From assembly GCA_963702095.1 (NCBI GenBank), contig OY969706.1, positions 1,568,001 through 1,632,000 of the forward strand: a stretch of DNA of 64,000 bases, written 5' to 3'. The DNA comes from Candidatus Bathyarchaeota archaeon (lineage in GTDB: Archaea; Thermoproteota; Bathyarchaeia; Bathyarchaeales; Bathycorpusculaceae). Numbering within the stretch: position 1 is the stretch's first letter; every line of letters starts with the position of its first letter. The notes under the pieces were generated by a model. That model was not told the DNA's origin. It made no database searches and saw only the letters and a program-made list of their open reading frames with translations. Shown piece by piece: positions 19,256-29,503 of the stretch. The translations under genes were made by a program, and so were the position numbers.

Positions 19256-19284
19256 AGCTAAAGAAACAAAGAAAAGAAAAGAGT

Positions 19285-20271
19285 TTATTTGACGTAGTCG
19301 TCGAAGGTCCAGTAGTGTGCTTCTTCTTGGATAATGATATCTTCGAACATGCGTCTGGTGGTGGTGTCGCCGAGTTCAAGGGCTTTGGCGATAATTCTGC
19401 GGTATAGTGCGATGGTGTCAGCTTCAAGTTTGTGGTCTAAGTTCAGGAAGTCTTGGGCAGTGTTGCCAACTACTGGCAGGGGGTCTGCGGTGGCGACTGC
19501 TTCTCCTTCAAGAAGATAGATGCGTTCACTGATTTTCTCTAGGTGATCCATTTCCTGCATAAAAATCGGCTTAAGAAGTTTGCTTACGACATCGGCTTTG
19601 TTGGTGTCTGTGACGGCTTCAAGCGCCGAGCTCTTCATGCGCAGTTCAAGGAAAGCGGCTTTTTCATGCTGGTTAGTGTACTGGAGGACCCCGGTGATTT
19701 CCGCGGCTACCGCCTTGTTTAAGAGGGCAAAGTATTCGTCAGTGTAGATTTTACGCCACTCATCTGCGGGGGGGCTGCTGGCTTCGTCTTTTTCGTCTTG
19801 GAACTTTATGTATTCTTGGAAGTTGAAAAGGTGATCTTCCTCTTCTTTGTAGATGCGTTCAAAGAGTTCACGGGTCTTCCAGTCGCCAATCTGGCCAGAT
19901 GCAACGATGATTTCACGGTACAGACTTAGAGCTTCTTCCTCTGCTGTAACGCCAAGTTGGGCAAACTCGCTTATGCTACCGCCAACTGTTACTTTGCTGG
20001 ATTTGGTTGTGGCTTGCCCGCCAAGGTAGTAAATGCGTTCCATGATGTCTGCGGCATGCTTCATTTCGGCGATGGCGGTGTCTCTGAGGATTTTTCCAAC
20101 TGCATCATAAGTGGTTTTGTCTAAGAGTAAGTTTTCAGGGATGGTTTTTCGGATGAGCTTCTCCATCTTACCATGTTGCAAGATGTATTGAACTGAAACA
20201 CCTATTTCACGTTCAACAGCTTTGTTTAGCAATCTAATATAGTCGGGTGTTACTTTGACAGACATAAACAA
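19285..20271 (-). CDS. Tandem double ferritin-like (bacterioferritin/DPSL-type) protein
   Basis: Two homologous halves: LNKAV..EI....QY..QH, EM.H...I.ERIY.L.G, EE.H. Confidence 0.88.
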   Translation of the reverse strand: MFMSVKVTPDYIRLLNKAVEREIGVSVQYILQHGKMEKLIRKTIPENLLLDKTTYDAVGKILRDTAIAEMKHAADIMERIYYLGGQATTKSSKVTVGGSISEFAQLGVTAEEEALSLYREIIVASGQIGDWKTRELFERIYKEEEDHLFNFQEYIKFQDEKDEASSPPADEWRKIYTDEYFALLNKAVAAEITGVLQYTNQHEKAAFLELRMKSSALEAVTDTNKADVVSKLLKPIFMQEMDHLEKISERIYLLEGEAVATADPLPVVGNTAQDFLNLDHKLEADTIALYRRIIAKALELGDTTTRRMFEDIIIQEEAHYWTFDDYVK

Positions 20272-20358
20272 TCACTACTGCCTATGCAGAGGAGAAACCT
20301 GACATATAAGATTTTTTATAAAAACAAGTTAAGGGTACAGGTATCTACCAACCGCTCT

Positions 20359-21150
20359 CTACAGTTGCCTGCCGCAGTTTCCACAGTAAACCGCGTCGGG
20401 AGCATTTTCTGCGCCGCAGACAGGACAACGCTTGGTGGCTCCAGTAACGGGTGGCGCCATTGCAGGCGGGTTATAGGTGTTGGCGGTGGCGGGCGCCAGT
20501 TTATGGTAGCCCATAGCGGCAAATATCCATGCAATCCAAATGATGATTACTCCGACCCCGATAACAGTTAATATTGTGCCGATTAGGTAGAGTAAGCCTG
20601 TGGTTTTGAAGTTGTCGACTCCTGATTTCTCCGCGAGTTTATCGAATGCACGTTTGTAGAGTAGGGCACAAACAATTCCGATGACCACGCTTACTAGGAC
20701 CAGCACTAGTGCGAGTATTATTATGCTCAAAAACACCGGTGTCACCGAAGTTGTTGGTGTTGATGTTTGCACGGCCCTTCCTACTGCTGAAAGTGTAAAC
20801 CCAAACATGCCAACCGAGATTACAACGCCTAAGACGATTTGTATGATTAAGGCGTAGAGGAGATTTCTGAAGATGCCTGGTTCACAGTAGTACTTGGATA
20901 GTTGGTACATGGCAATCATAAACAGTACATAGCCTGCCAACGCCACAGCTGCCAAGGCGATGATGACTGCAAAAGTGGAGTTGTAGAACAAGAGTGGATT
21001 TTGGAATCCGGTGGTTCCCGTGCTAAAGGCGGATAAGGTACTGAAGATGGACATAAGTAAACTTACGTAGATTATACCAGCGGCGACAGGTACGACTATT
21101 GAGATTAAACTTGCTGTTAACCCCATTTTTCTGGCTGATTCGAAAGACAT
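20359..21150 (-). CDS. DUF996-like membrane protein with C-terminal zinc ribbon
   Basis: LSKYY.EPGIF, LAEKSGVDNFKTTGLLY; CPVCG..N...A.YC.NCG. Confidence 0.8.
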   Translation of the reverse strand: MSFESARKMGLTASLISIVVPVAAGIIYVSLLMSIFSTLSAFSTGTTGFQNPLLFYNSTFAVIIALAAVALAGYVLFMIAMYQLSKYYCEPGIFRNLLYALIIQIVLGVVISVGMFGFTLSAVGRAVQTSTPTTSVTPVFLSIIILALVLVLVSVVIGIVCALLYKRAFDKLAEKSGVDNFKTTGLLYLIGTILTVIGVGVIIIWIAWIFAAMGYHKLAPATANTYNPPAMAPPVTGATKRCPVCGAENAPDAVYCGNCGRQL

Positions 21151-21284
21151 ATGGATCCACAGAGTTATTACTGGTTATTCAGGGATAAGTTTTTCCATAC
21201 AAGTCTACGCTAACAAAACTAAACAGTATACATAGAAAATCGTTAAATCACCAAAAAACTATAGGGTCTATTGAGGAGTAATTT

Positions 21285-21527
21285 ATGGCTGAAGGAGCAA
21301 CAGTAGCAGAAACATCACAAGCAAGTTGTTACCGAGTAAAATTCGACCGCGAACCCTTCCTAGAACTCGTAGGCATAGCCAGACCCAAAATCATCTACCG
21401 CAGAAAAAACGTGTACTTCTTCGCTTACGACGGCTTTGTCATGTACTGCGACCAATGCCAAGAAAGAGACTTTTCAGCGCGTATCTTGGATGCTATTGAG
21501 TTTTCGAATTATCAGTGGGCAAAGTAG
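21285..21527 (+). CDS. Hypothetical protein
   Basis: 80-aa ATG ORF with GAGGAG RBS. Confidence 0.7.
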   Translation: MAEGATVAETSQASCYRVKFDREPFLELVGIARPKIIYRRKNVYFFAYDGFVMYCDQCQERDFSARILDAIEFSNYQWAK

Positions 21528-22323
21528 CTGCCCCAGTTTCTGTTCCTGCTTGACTCTGAGGGGGTTGGGTTGGTTCCGGTTGTTTTCGGATGTCTTTTGT
21601 TGCGTACCAAGCCACCCAAACTGACAACGCAGACAGAGCAAAAAATCCCCCTTCAAAGACCAGCGGCGAGTACTGCGCAAAGGGCACCAAGAAATCGATG
21701 AAGCCCATTGGCAAGGCGATGTAGAAGAGCTTTTTTTTGTGGTAGAGCACTGCCATAACGCAGAGGTAACCCCAGGCTATATGGATAAGCATAGAAGAAA
21801 TCCGCTCTAAAACCCCAATCCCCACATTACCCAATGCCACAGCGTTAGAGGCAAAGAGCCCCGATGCATTTTGCTGGAGTTGGTCATAGACTGTCTGCGC
21901 CAGTGGTCCTGCGCCGGAAAGTATAAAGTAATAGGAAACCAAGTTGACGAGGGAAAGCGCGCTTAGGAATCCCACGTTTTCCCAAAAAGCCAAGCCTGAA
22001 CCATACGCTTCTGCATCTTTTCTGCTGAGGTTGCCCCGTTTAGCCGCAAAATAAGCCACCAAATAAGCTAAGCCCACCTCAAAAACCATTGTTTGCACCC
22101 CATAGTAAACGCCTAAAACAACATCGCCCGCTGGCTTAACCGCATCAATTGTGGGAATCTGCACCGCGTATTTGAGGGCAATCGCCACGGCATAAGCAAC
22201 CAACGTGTATAGCCAGACTGTTGAGTGGAAACGGCGTTTTTTGTACCAGTAAAGCATCAGTGCAACAGAGATGGCTATGACGATTATGGGTTGGAGGATG
22301 TAGAGGGGGTTGATGTTTTCCAT
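21493..22323 (-). CDS. YhfC/PrsW-like intramembrane glutamic protease family protein
   Basis: Multi-TM with FE.GL.Y, YG.GLAF.E and LERISSMLIH motifs. Confidence 0.75.
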   Translation of the reverse strand: MENINPLYILQPIIVIAISVALMLYWYKKRRFHSTVWLYTLVAYAVAIALKYAVQIPTIDAVKPAGDVVLGVYYGVQTMVFEVGLAYLVAYFAAKRGNLSRKDAEAYGSGLAFWENVGFLSALSLVNLVSYYFILSGAGPLAQTVYDQLQQNASGLFASNAVALGNVGIGVLERISSMLIHIAWGYLCVMAVLYHKKKLFYIALPMGFIDFLVPFAQYSPLVFEGGFFALSALSVWVAWYATKDIRKQPEPTQPPQSQAGTETGAATLPTDNSKTQ

Positions 22324-22371
22324 AGCAACCGTTAACTGGGTTTGTGCTTAAAAAATTTGGGTTGTTTAGTT

Positions 22372-22555
22372 TGTCTTCGTCTCTTTATGTGGGTGTGGCG
22401 GTTTTAGAATTTCCACAAGACTGCAAAGGGGGCGGTTGCTTTTTGGGTTTGCGTTGTTTTTCTTTGGCTGTTTCGGTGTGGGAGTGGGTTTTTCTCCACA
22501 TGCCCTGCATGGCTCCATGCAGACGCAGCCGCCGTGTGAGTGTGGAAGCATGTTG
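22372..22555 (-). repeat. Dispersed repeat family A, copy A4
   Basis: Reverse complement has TGCATGGAGCCATGCA, TGTGGAGAAAAA, CACACCGAAACAG and CACACCCACATAAAGAGA. Confidence 0.88.
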
Positions 22556-22661
22556 AATACGCACAAAAACTGTATGTTGAAAGAAAAATAATCATCCAGG
22601 AAAATGGCACCCGTAAATGAAATCTTAAATAGACAAATGCAATATCAGAAACAGTGCAGCT

Positions 22662-23427
22662 ATGGCTAAACCGCTAAACAGAACCCCAGACTACGGCAAC
22701 TGGGTACCTAACAGACTAATCTACCCGACCGCCATATTAGGCGTCGTATCTTTCGGCCGCCGCATGCTTCTTTTTGCCCCTAATAGCGTTAACAGCGCTT
22801 TTCTGGGTTGTAGCCGCCTACTTTGCGTATGCACAATACTTGTTTTCTCCCAGCGGAGGAAACGTTCAGAACCAAATCTGGGAAACAGTCATTTCCAACT
22901 TGGACTGGAACGGGGAGGGAAAAGCACTAGACATCGGCTGCGGAAACGGCGCGTTAACCATGAAGGTTGCCCGCAGATTTCCAAGCGCCCAAGTCATAGG
23001 CATAGACTACTGGGGCGGAAGATGGGAATACTCCAAAAAAGTATGTGAAGCCAACGCCCAAGCCGAAGGCGTAAGTGGCAGAGTGGTGTTTGAGAAAGCC
23101 AGCGCTTCGAAGTTGCCTTTCAGCGACGGATACTTTGATGCTGCAGTAAGCAACATCTGCTTCCACGAAGTCACAGACGCCAAAGACAAACGGGAAATCA
23201 TCCGTGAAGCGCTAAGAGTGGTTAAGAAGGGAGGCAATTTCTCTTTCCAAGACCTGTTTCTGCTAAAGCAAGCCTACGGCGAAGTTGACAAACTGGTTGA
23301 GACCATAAAAAGTTGGGGTGTAGCCAGAGTTGAGTTTGTGGAGACAAACAACGCAGAGTTCATTCCCCAAGCGTTGAAGCTGCCGTTTATGGTTGGCAGA
23401 ATAGGGATAATTAAGGGAGAAAAATAG
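22662..23427 (+). CDS. Class I SAM-dependent methyltransferase, frameshifted near 22760
   Basis: N-terminal PDYGNWVP in one frame; LDIGCGNG, GIDYW, LPF.DG.FD and FHEV in the next. Confidence 0.85.
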
Positions 23428-23430
23428 CGG

Positions 23431-23859
23431 TTACTTCAGGTTGCCCTCAGACCAACGATAGAAGCTGGTCGGCGTGATTTTTATGATGGGCAAGTCACCT
23501 TCTTTCCAGCTGCCCTCTTCAGTCTGATACTCAGGAAACTTTTCTTTGAGCAGGTCGTGGGCATAGCGGTATTCTTCTCCGTTCCAGAGCAGTTCTGCCT
23601 CGCCCTGGATGCGAATGCCCTTAGTGATTGACCAGTTCTCGCGGTCATAGTCATCAATCACCAGCGAAACCTGTGGATTGGATTCGATGTGTTCCAGTTT
23701 AGGAGTGTCTGGGTCAGAGGCAATATAGAAGTAGACACCGTCAAAAACCGGCCACACTGGCCTAACGACGGGTTCACAGTCCTCCGTTGCTGTTGCTAAG
23801 CGCCCAACTGGCAATTTATGTATGAATGCTTTATCGGATTTTGACAGTTTGATTCCCAT
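23431..23859 (-). CDS. Pyridoxamine 5'-phosphate oxidase-like (FMN/F420-binding) protein
   Basis: VGRLAT...P.VRPVW, K...I..NPQVSLVID. Confidence 0.85.
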   Translation of the reverse strand: MGIKLSKSDKAFIHKLPVGRLATATEDCEPVVRPVWPVFDGVYFYIASDPDTPKLEHIESNPQVSLVIDDYDRENWSITKGIRIQGEAELLWNGEEYRYAHDLLKEKFPEYQTEEGSWKEGDLPIIKITPTSFYRWSEGNLK

Positions 23860-23998
23860 TTAACCACCGACTTATAATCTGAATAAATGCAAGAGAATAG
23901 TTAATTTGGTCACCCTTTTAAAACTTAATGCTTGCGCTTTAACCTTTATGCTTTGTGAAACTACTTGTAAGGGCGTCGAGAAGCCAATGTTGCATGCA

Positions 23999-24799
23999 TC
24001 AACGTTTTTTCCCAAAAAGAACAACCACCGAAGCGGCGGCAATAACGATAAAGACGCAAACAGCAAACACCACCCCGAAAAGAACGCCGCCTTCGTTGAT
24101 GAGTTGGGTGTCTCCGCTTTGATGCAGAACAGCCTTAGGTGTAGACAAAACAGTGGATACTGGAACCATCAGGGATGTTGGTATCGGCTCGGGATTAACG
24201 ACAAAACATGTTCGCACGCTACTCAAGAAGTAACCTACCTGAAAATAGGGTTTCACTGATCCATCGGCTAAAGTCTTGTATTGCTCACAGTTCTCTGAAA
24301 AAGGCACCTCAGGTTTGGTTGGGCTTAATCCGTCTGACCCCAGAACCAGTATTACCCAATCCCCAGGCGTGGCTTCACAGTAGTAGAAACCTGCTGTGCT
24401 GGAACCGTTTTGAATAACAAGTGAGTTGCCTCCTTCTGAGGTGGGCAGTGGGAGATGAGAGAGATCGTAGAATTTGGCGGTGGTGGATTTTTGCGACAGG
24501 TTTTCTGCGGGTCTTGCCTCAACATAAATGGTGTTTTCCCAAGCGGTGAGTGCGGTTCCGTTTAGGTGTTGTCTTTGGATGATGATTAAGCATGAAAGTT
24601 CATTGTGCTGGAGGGTTTGGTTTGTGCCTGCTGTGAAGACGATTTTGCCGCCGTGCAGCAGGGGGTCGTTGAGGTCGCTGTAATCGATGTTTGGGGCAGC
24701 GTCAACCAACATAATGGTTGCCAGAGAAATTAATGACAAGATCAAGAAAGCCACAGTTAGTTTGGGAATTATGCCCGCTGTTGATGTTTTACGGGTCAT
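23999..24799 (-). CDS. Hypothetical secreted, C-terminally anchored protein
   Basis: Signal peptide, C-terminal TM helix and KKR tail. Confidence 0.75.
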   Translation of the reverse strand: MTRKTSTAGIIPKLTVAFLILSLISLATIMLVDAAPNIDYSDLNDPLLHGGKIVFTAGTNQTLQHNELSCLIIIQRQHLNGTALTAWENTIYVEARPAENLSQKSTTAKFYDLSHLPLPTSEGGNSLVIQNGSSTAGFYYCEATPGDWVILVLGSDGLSPTKPEVPFSENCEQYKTLADGSVKPYFQVGYFLSSVRTCFVVNPEPIPTSLMVPVSTVLSTPKAVLHQSGDTQLINEGGVLFGVVFAVCVFIVIAAASVVVLFGKKR

Positions 24800-24869
24800 T
24801 GAAGATCCAAGTTGTGTGTTTAGAGGTCTTGCAATTTAAGATTTGCTAAATAACCAGATAAGCTGTAAA

Positions 24870-25045
24870 TTAGAGGCATTCTTGGCAGTTGGGGCAAAGA
24901 AACACTTGTCCACCGCCAAAACTCAACTTCTCCACAGCCATACCGCACACCGGACAAAGTTGGCCTCTCATATTGGGTCCCATCACTGCTACATAGCTGC
25001 CCCGTTTGCCATGGAGGTCAACAAACTGGTCCTTGCCGCCCAAAC
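24870..25045 (-). pseudogene. 3' remnant of an Fpg/Nei (MutM-like) DNA glycosylase zinc finger
   Basis: GG..QFVDLHG..G.Y...M....GQLCPVCG..VEKL..GG..VFLCPNCQ; no N-terminal domains present. Confidence 0.7.
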
Positions 25046-25049
25046 CTTC

Positions 25050-25529
25050 AGTGCCGGCGGTCAAGCGGTTGTGATTGCAAGTGATTCCCCAGTTTCAAAT
25101 TTCCAGTACGATTCATCGTGGCACAGCCTAGGCTTTCTTGCACAGGGAATCCCAGCCACCACAGGCACCTGCACGGTTACAGTTCCCAAAACGCTGATGC
25201 AAGCCCCGTTCACGGTAGCATCGGGCACGCAACCCTTGACAGTGACCACCCAAGAAAACGCCACCCCCTACCAGCTATCCTTTACCCACAGCCGAAACAC
25301 GGAGGCAATAAAGATAGCGGGTTCAGCGCCAGCGCCGACTTTGGCCTCAACTGGCACTCCAACCCAAACAACCTCGCCGTCACATGCCATATCAAACACT
25401 TCAACGCCGTCTCCATCCGTCCCAGAAATAGGCGCCATAGCAGTACCCATATTGGTCGCCGTCTTAGCCGCTGTTTTCGCCATTGCCGCCCTCTCAAGAA
25501 ACAGGAATAGCCTAAGTAAGCAACGGTAG
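25050..25529 (+). pseudogene. 3' remnant of a secreted surface protein with VPE-TM-basic tail
   Basis: Resembles the SNSTV..F...TGTTG...V.V.KTL domain of 30334-31710; lacks a signal peptide and a convincing start. Confidence 0.6.
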
Positions 25530-25628
25530 AATGCGCTTCTACGTTGAAGACTAAGGGGAGACCGCTGTTTATTTGCCCAGAAAACTTTAATTAAAGTACC
25601 TTGTATTGAAATGGCTGTAATGTGGCGT

Positions 25629-25715
25629 GCGGGATTCCCCAAGCCTGGTATGGGCAGGCCTGCTAAGTCTGTGGTCGAAGTGGCCGCGTGGGTTCAATTC
25701 CCACATCCCGCGCCA
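25629..25715 (+). tRNA. tRNA-Ser(GCT), CCA encoded
   Basis: Acceptor GCGGGAT/ATCCCGC, anticodon arm CAGGC-CTGCTAA-GTCTG, long variable arm, T arm GTGGG-TTCAATT-CCCAC, G73. Confidence 0.92.
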
Positions 25716-26068
25716 ATTTTTTACTTCCAAATTTGACCAATCATTTTCTTGCCCTTACTTCCAGGTGACAACGTGTTGCCTAACGAATTATCAGAAGAAT
25801 CTGCACCAACACTACTGTAACCCTGGGCTAGAAAGTCGCCAAACGTACAAAAAATTTACATGCTCCTTGCAAAGACTAACTAACATTCAGGGGTTCCTCA
25901 ATTCCCCTTAATTGCAAATTATTCAACGACAAAACTTAAAAAGTTAAAACAATCAAAGGAATATTTGGTTATCGAAATGTCTAAAAAACCTTTGGCTATC
26001 GGTATCACCGTTGCACTATCAATTTTAGACCATGAAAGAACAACGGAAATCTTAAGAAGATCAGATAA

Positions 26069-27424
26069 TTGTGGGCGGTTCGTCGTTTGAATAGGCTCAC
26101 GGTGACAAGCATAGAGGTTGCGGCTAACAGATTAACAATTAACTTTGAGTGCAAGGGGCAAATACGCAAATTATTCAACGAAACCCAGTTTATAGTTGAA
26201 TACGATACTTCACTACAAGAAGTTCCTGAAGCTGTGTTAATAATACCATTTCTTGCAACGGTTGCTCCGATAGCATGGGCAAATCAAGCTAATGTCTTTG
26301 TTAAAAATGTAGACGCAACCTTTTACCAATCGCTTGAACTTGTTAGGAAGACCTTGGAAAGATTTTACCCCAAAATGGAATTTAACGGGAAAATTTACGC
26401 AGAAAATGTCGTATTCCTGCCAACTACTAACCAAACAAGAAAAATGGCGCTGTTTTCGGGAGGACTTGACTCTTTAGCTACTTTTGTCAGACATCAAAAA
26501 GAGAATCCTATTCTTGTTTCTGTTCTGGATGCCCCCCTTGTTGCCAAACGTCGGCTTTCACCAAATTATAGACATTTGAACGTTAATTCCGAAAACATTA
26601 AGCGATTATTTAATTCGATTAAACCTGAAATCGGAATAATAATAAGTAATTGGATGAATATCCCTAACCTTTTTGCACTCAGAATATATGAACAAAAACT
26701 ATCAGGCGAATGGTACATGCGTATCATGCACGGATTAGCATTCATAGGCCTTTGTGCCCCACTCGCATTCGTTGAGAAGGTAGACAAACTATACATTGCT
26801 TCCTCCTTCACTGCTGATGCACAAATACCCTGGGGATCTCACCCAGATATCGATAACAAGGTTAAATGGGCAGGAACAAGCATTGAACATGACGGATATG
26901 AACTAAGTCGACAAGAGAAAATGTTCCTCATCGCCGACTATATTCAAAAATATGAGCCCACGCTCCAAATTACAGCCTGCAATGCCACCCCTCGCAACAG
27001 CCGAACTATCGGCAGAAACTGCAATGTTTGTGAGAAATGCAACAGAACAATTTTAGGACTTGAAATTGCCGGAATAAACCCAAATGAACATGGCTATCTG
27101 GTTAGCGCAGAAACTTTCTCACAAATGAGGAAAAAAATCGAAAGTGGAGCCTGGCTATTTGGAGATGACGAAATATACATGTGGACTGACCTTCAGAAAT
27201 ATGGGAACACACCCCAAAACCTCCAAAATCTTCCCCACCAAGAAGCCCAAGCTTTCTTGGATTGGCTAAGAAAAATAAATGTTGAGAGTTTAAGGTCAAA
27301 GGATAATAACAAAATGCGCATAGACCAACGCTTCATTGTGCTTCCCTATCCAGTTCTAAAATTAACGGAGAAGCTGTATCACTTATCGAGGTTATGGCTA
27401 ACACGCCTTAATATACATGTATAA
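26069..27424 (+). CDS. PP-loop (adenine nucleotide alpha-hydrolase-like) protein with C-terminal Cys cluster
   Basis: LFSGGLDS, PWGSHP.ID, SR.EK, NC.VCEKC.RT; AT-rich. Confidence 0.7.
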   Translation: MWAVRRLNRLTVTSIEVAANRLTINFECKGQIRKLFNETQFIVEYDTSLQEVPEAVLIIPFLATVAPIAWANQANVFVKNVDATFYQSLELVRKTLERFYPKMEFNGKIYAENVVFLPTTNQTRKMALFSGGLDSLATFVRHQKENPILVSVLDAPLVAKRRLSPNYRHLNVNSENIKRLFNSIKPEIGIIISNWMNIPNLFALRIYEQKLSGEWYMRIMHGLAFIGLCAPLAFVEKVDKLYIASSFTADAQIPWGSHPDIDNKVKWAGTSIEHDGYELSRQEKMFLIADYIQKYEPTLQITACNATPRNSRTIGRNCNVCEKCNRTILGLEIAGINPNEHGYLVSAETFSQMRKKIESGAWLFGDDEIYMWTDLQKYGNTPQNLQNLPHQEAQAFLDWLRKINVESLRSKDNNKMRIDQRFIVLPYPVLKLTEKLYHLSRLWLTRLNIHV

Positions 27425-27489
27425 GGTATGGCAATACGCTTCTTTGGAAGGGAAAAATTCGAAGATAGTTATAGTCTTATGCTGATTTC

Positions 27490-29358
27490 TTATTCTACAG
27501 GTACTGTGATAGGATTAATATTCTCGGGGTCAATATAAATTTGGAACCAGATTTCCAGAGTTAAGACCATCCAAAAGAATTGTGAAACATTGTATTCGTT
27601 TGCTGGATCAAAGTTGCCGCTACACAACATGTCGTAGGTTCTTGAGAGTTCCTTTTGATTGAATATTCCTCTATTCTTGAATTTGTCGGACGACAAGATT
27701 TCAAGGATTTCTAGACGAAAACTCTTAACCCATTCGACTACTGGAGCAGAGCTACCAAATTTCCGTCTGGACTTACGAACAGCTTCCGGTATCAACCCTT
27801 TAACTGCCTGTCTCAAAACAAATTTAGTTACCCCTCTTTTAATCTTCTGTCCATCCGGCAATGACATATTAAAAAGCATGAATTCCGTGTCTATACAAGG
27901 ATACCGCGGTTCAATGGAAAAAGCTGAGAAAAGCCTATCCTGAGCTTGCAAAATCTCTGTAATGGTTCCAATCGTTCGGTCAACCTGTGATTCTTCTGTT
28001 CGAGCAAAATTCTCAGTAATACGTGCATGGGCTATGTATTCTTGGTTTAAAAATTGTGTTTCTTTTCGTGTTCTTGTCGTTCTAAGTAACCTTACTTGGT
28101 TAGCTATCTTCCCAAAAGTTATGTAAGACAAATCCTGATGCACTATCATTCCTAATACTTCGATTAAAAATCTTCCAACATTTCTTTTTTGCCAAAGGAG
28201 TCTTAGATACTCATTCCTCTCAACGTCCCCACCAAGATATGTATCCATTCCAGTTCCCAAGAAAGCCACTTTTGCACGTTCGTTCCCCAACGCCCTGGCT
28301 AAACATAATGACATATAAGCACTCTCAAGGTGGTAGGGTTCTTCCAAACAAAAAACCAATCTCTCTAACTCTTCCCGTCCAAGTGATTGAGGAAGGTTTA
28401 CATACTTTATCTCGTTTTTCCGAAATCGTTCGTATTCTCTGATGTAGGGTTCCTCATTTACGCCTTTGGAGCCGCCTGTACTGATAGCTGAAACCAATGT
28501 TTGTCTTCCAACATGATTTGTTGTTTCAAGTTCATCTGAAATCAAAGAAGCAATAGCTTGGCTATCGATGCCTCCACTTGTGCATGTTCCAAACTGCACC
28601 TCGTTAGGCATCATTTTCTTTGTTGTATGGCTTAATTTATCTAAGAAAAGCGAGGAGTAGTTGTATTTGCCCTGTTTTGGCGCTGGTGGAGAGGGGAGAT
28701 GCCAGTACTCAACAACTTCGGGCTTGTTTTCCTCTAAAGTGAAAACCGCATAATATCCAGGCAACACTTCTTTTATCTGGGCAAAGTAAGTGTCACCGCT
28801 CCTGAAATGGTAACGCTGTATTAGGTATCTGCATAACAGATCATGGTTGGGTTTGCGGGGGATTGTTTGGTCCATAAAAATGGCTTTTATCTCAGATGCC
28901 AACACACAACTATTGCCGTTTGTCGTATAAAATAGTGGCTTACTTCCGAATCGGTCTCGGACAGCAAACAACTTTTCCTGTGTTGAATCCCATATGCAGA
29001 AGGCAAAGACGCCGTCTAACTGTTTCAAGCAATCTACTCCATTGGTTTCATAGGCTTTTAAGATGAGTTCGGCATCGGAGTAAAATGTAGGTGTGTCTTT
29101 ATCAAGCTGTTCTTTGAGCTCACAGTTGTTGTATAGTGTTCCGTCAAGGGTGATCCATATGGTTTTTTTCTTGTTGCAAAGTGGCTGGTGAACGATTTTG
29201 GAGCCTTTGTAAGATGCGACGTTTCCTATGGCTATTTCTGAATCTACAAACCAGCCAGAATCGTCTGGTCCTCGATGTTTGAGCGCGTGACACATTTTGC
29301 GTATTGACTCGTTGGACCTGACTGAATCATACCCTAAAAGAGCGACAACACCACTCAA
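27490..29358 (-). CDS. Asparagine synthetase B-like amidotransferase with degenerate glutaminase domain
   Basis: HRGPDD, QP, LDGVFAF.IWD, RDRFG.KPLFY, SGGIDS, E.RYP, K.VLR. Confidence 0.85.
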   Translation of the reverse strand: MSGVVALLGYDSVRSNESIRKMCHALKHRGPDDSGWFVDSEIAIGNVASYKGSKIVHQPLCNKKKTIWITLDGTLYNNCELKEQLDKDTPTFYSDAELILKAYETNGVDCLKQLDGVFAFCIWDSTQEKLFAVRDRFGSKPLFYTTNGNSCVLASEIKAIFMDQTIPRKPNHDLLCRYLIQRYHFRSGDTYFAQIKEVLPGYYAVFTLEENKPEVVEYWHLPSPPAPKQGKYNYSSLFLDKLSHTTKKMMPNEVQFGTCTSGGIDSQAIASLISDELETTNHVGRQTLVSAISTGGSKGVNEEPYIREYERFRKNEIKYVNLPQSLGREELERLVFCLEEPYHLESAYMSLCLARALGNERAKVAFLGTGMDTYLGGDVERNEYLRLLWQKRNVGRFLIEVLGMIVHQDLSYITFGKIANQVRLLRTTRTRKETQFLNQEYIAHARITENFARTEESQVDRTIGTITEILQAQDRLFSAFSIEPRYPCIDTEFMLFNMSLPDGQKIKRGVTKFVLRQAVKGLIPEAVRKSRRKFGSSAPVVEWVKSFRLEILEILSSDKFKNRGIFNQKELSRTYDMLCSGNFDPANEYNVSQFFWMVLTLEIWFQIYIDPENINPITVPVE

Positions 29359-29503
29359 ACATGGCACCAGTCGTATTTTTCATATTCAGCAATTTAAATA
29401 TTATGTATCATCCATCAATAAGTCTAAATTTAAACTAAAGTCAAATATATAATATTTAATATTTTAAATTTCTCAAATTGCTATTTCGATTTGTGGCATA
29501 CCA

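Noticed and set aside
24843-25050. N-terminus of the 228-aa plus-strand ORF
   Set aside because: It is the antisense of the Fpg zinc-finger remnant and has no signal peptide
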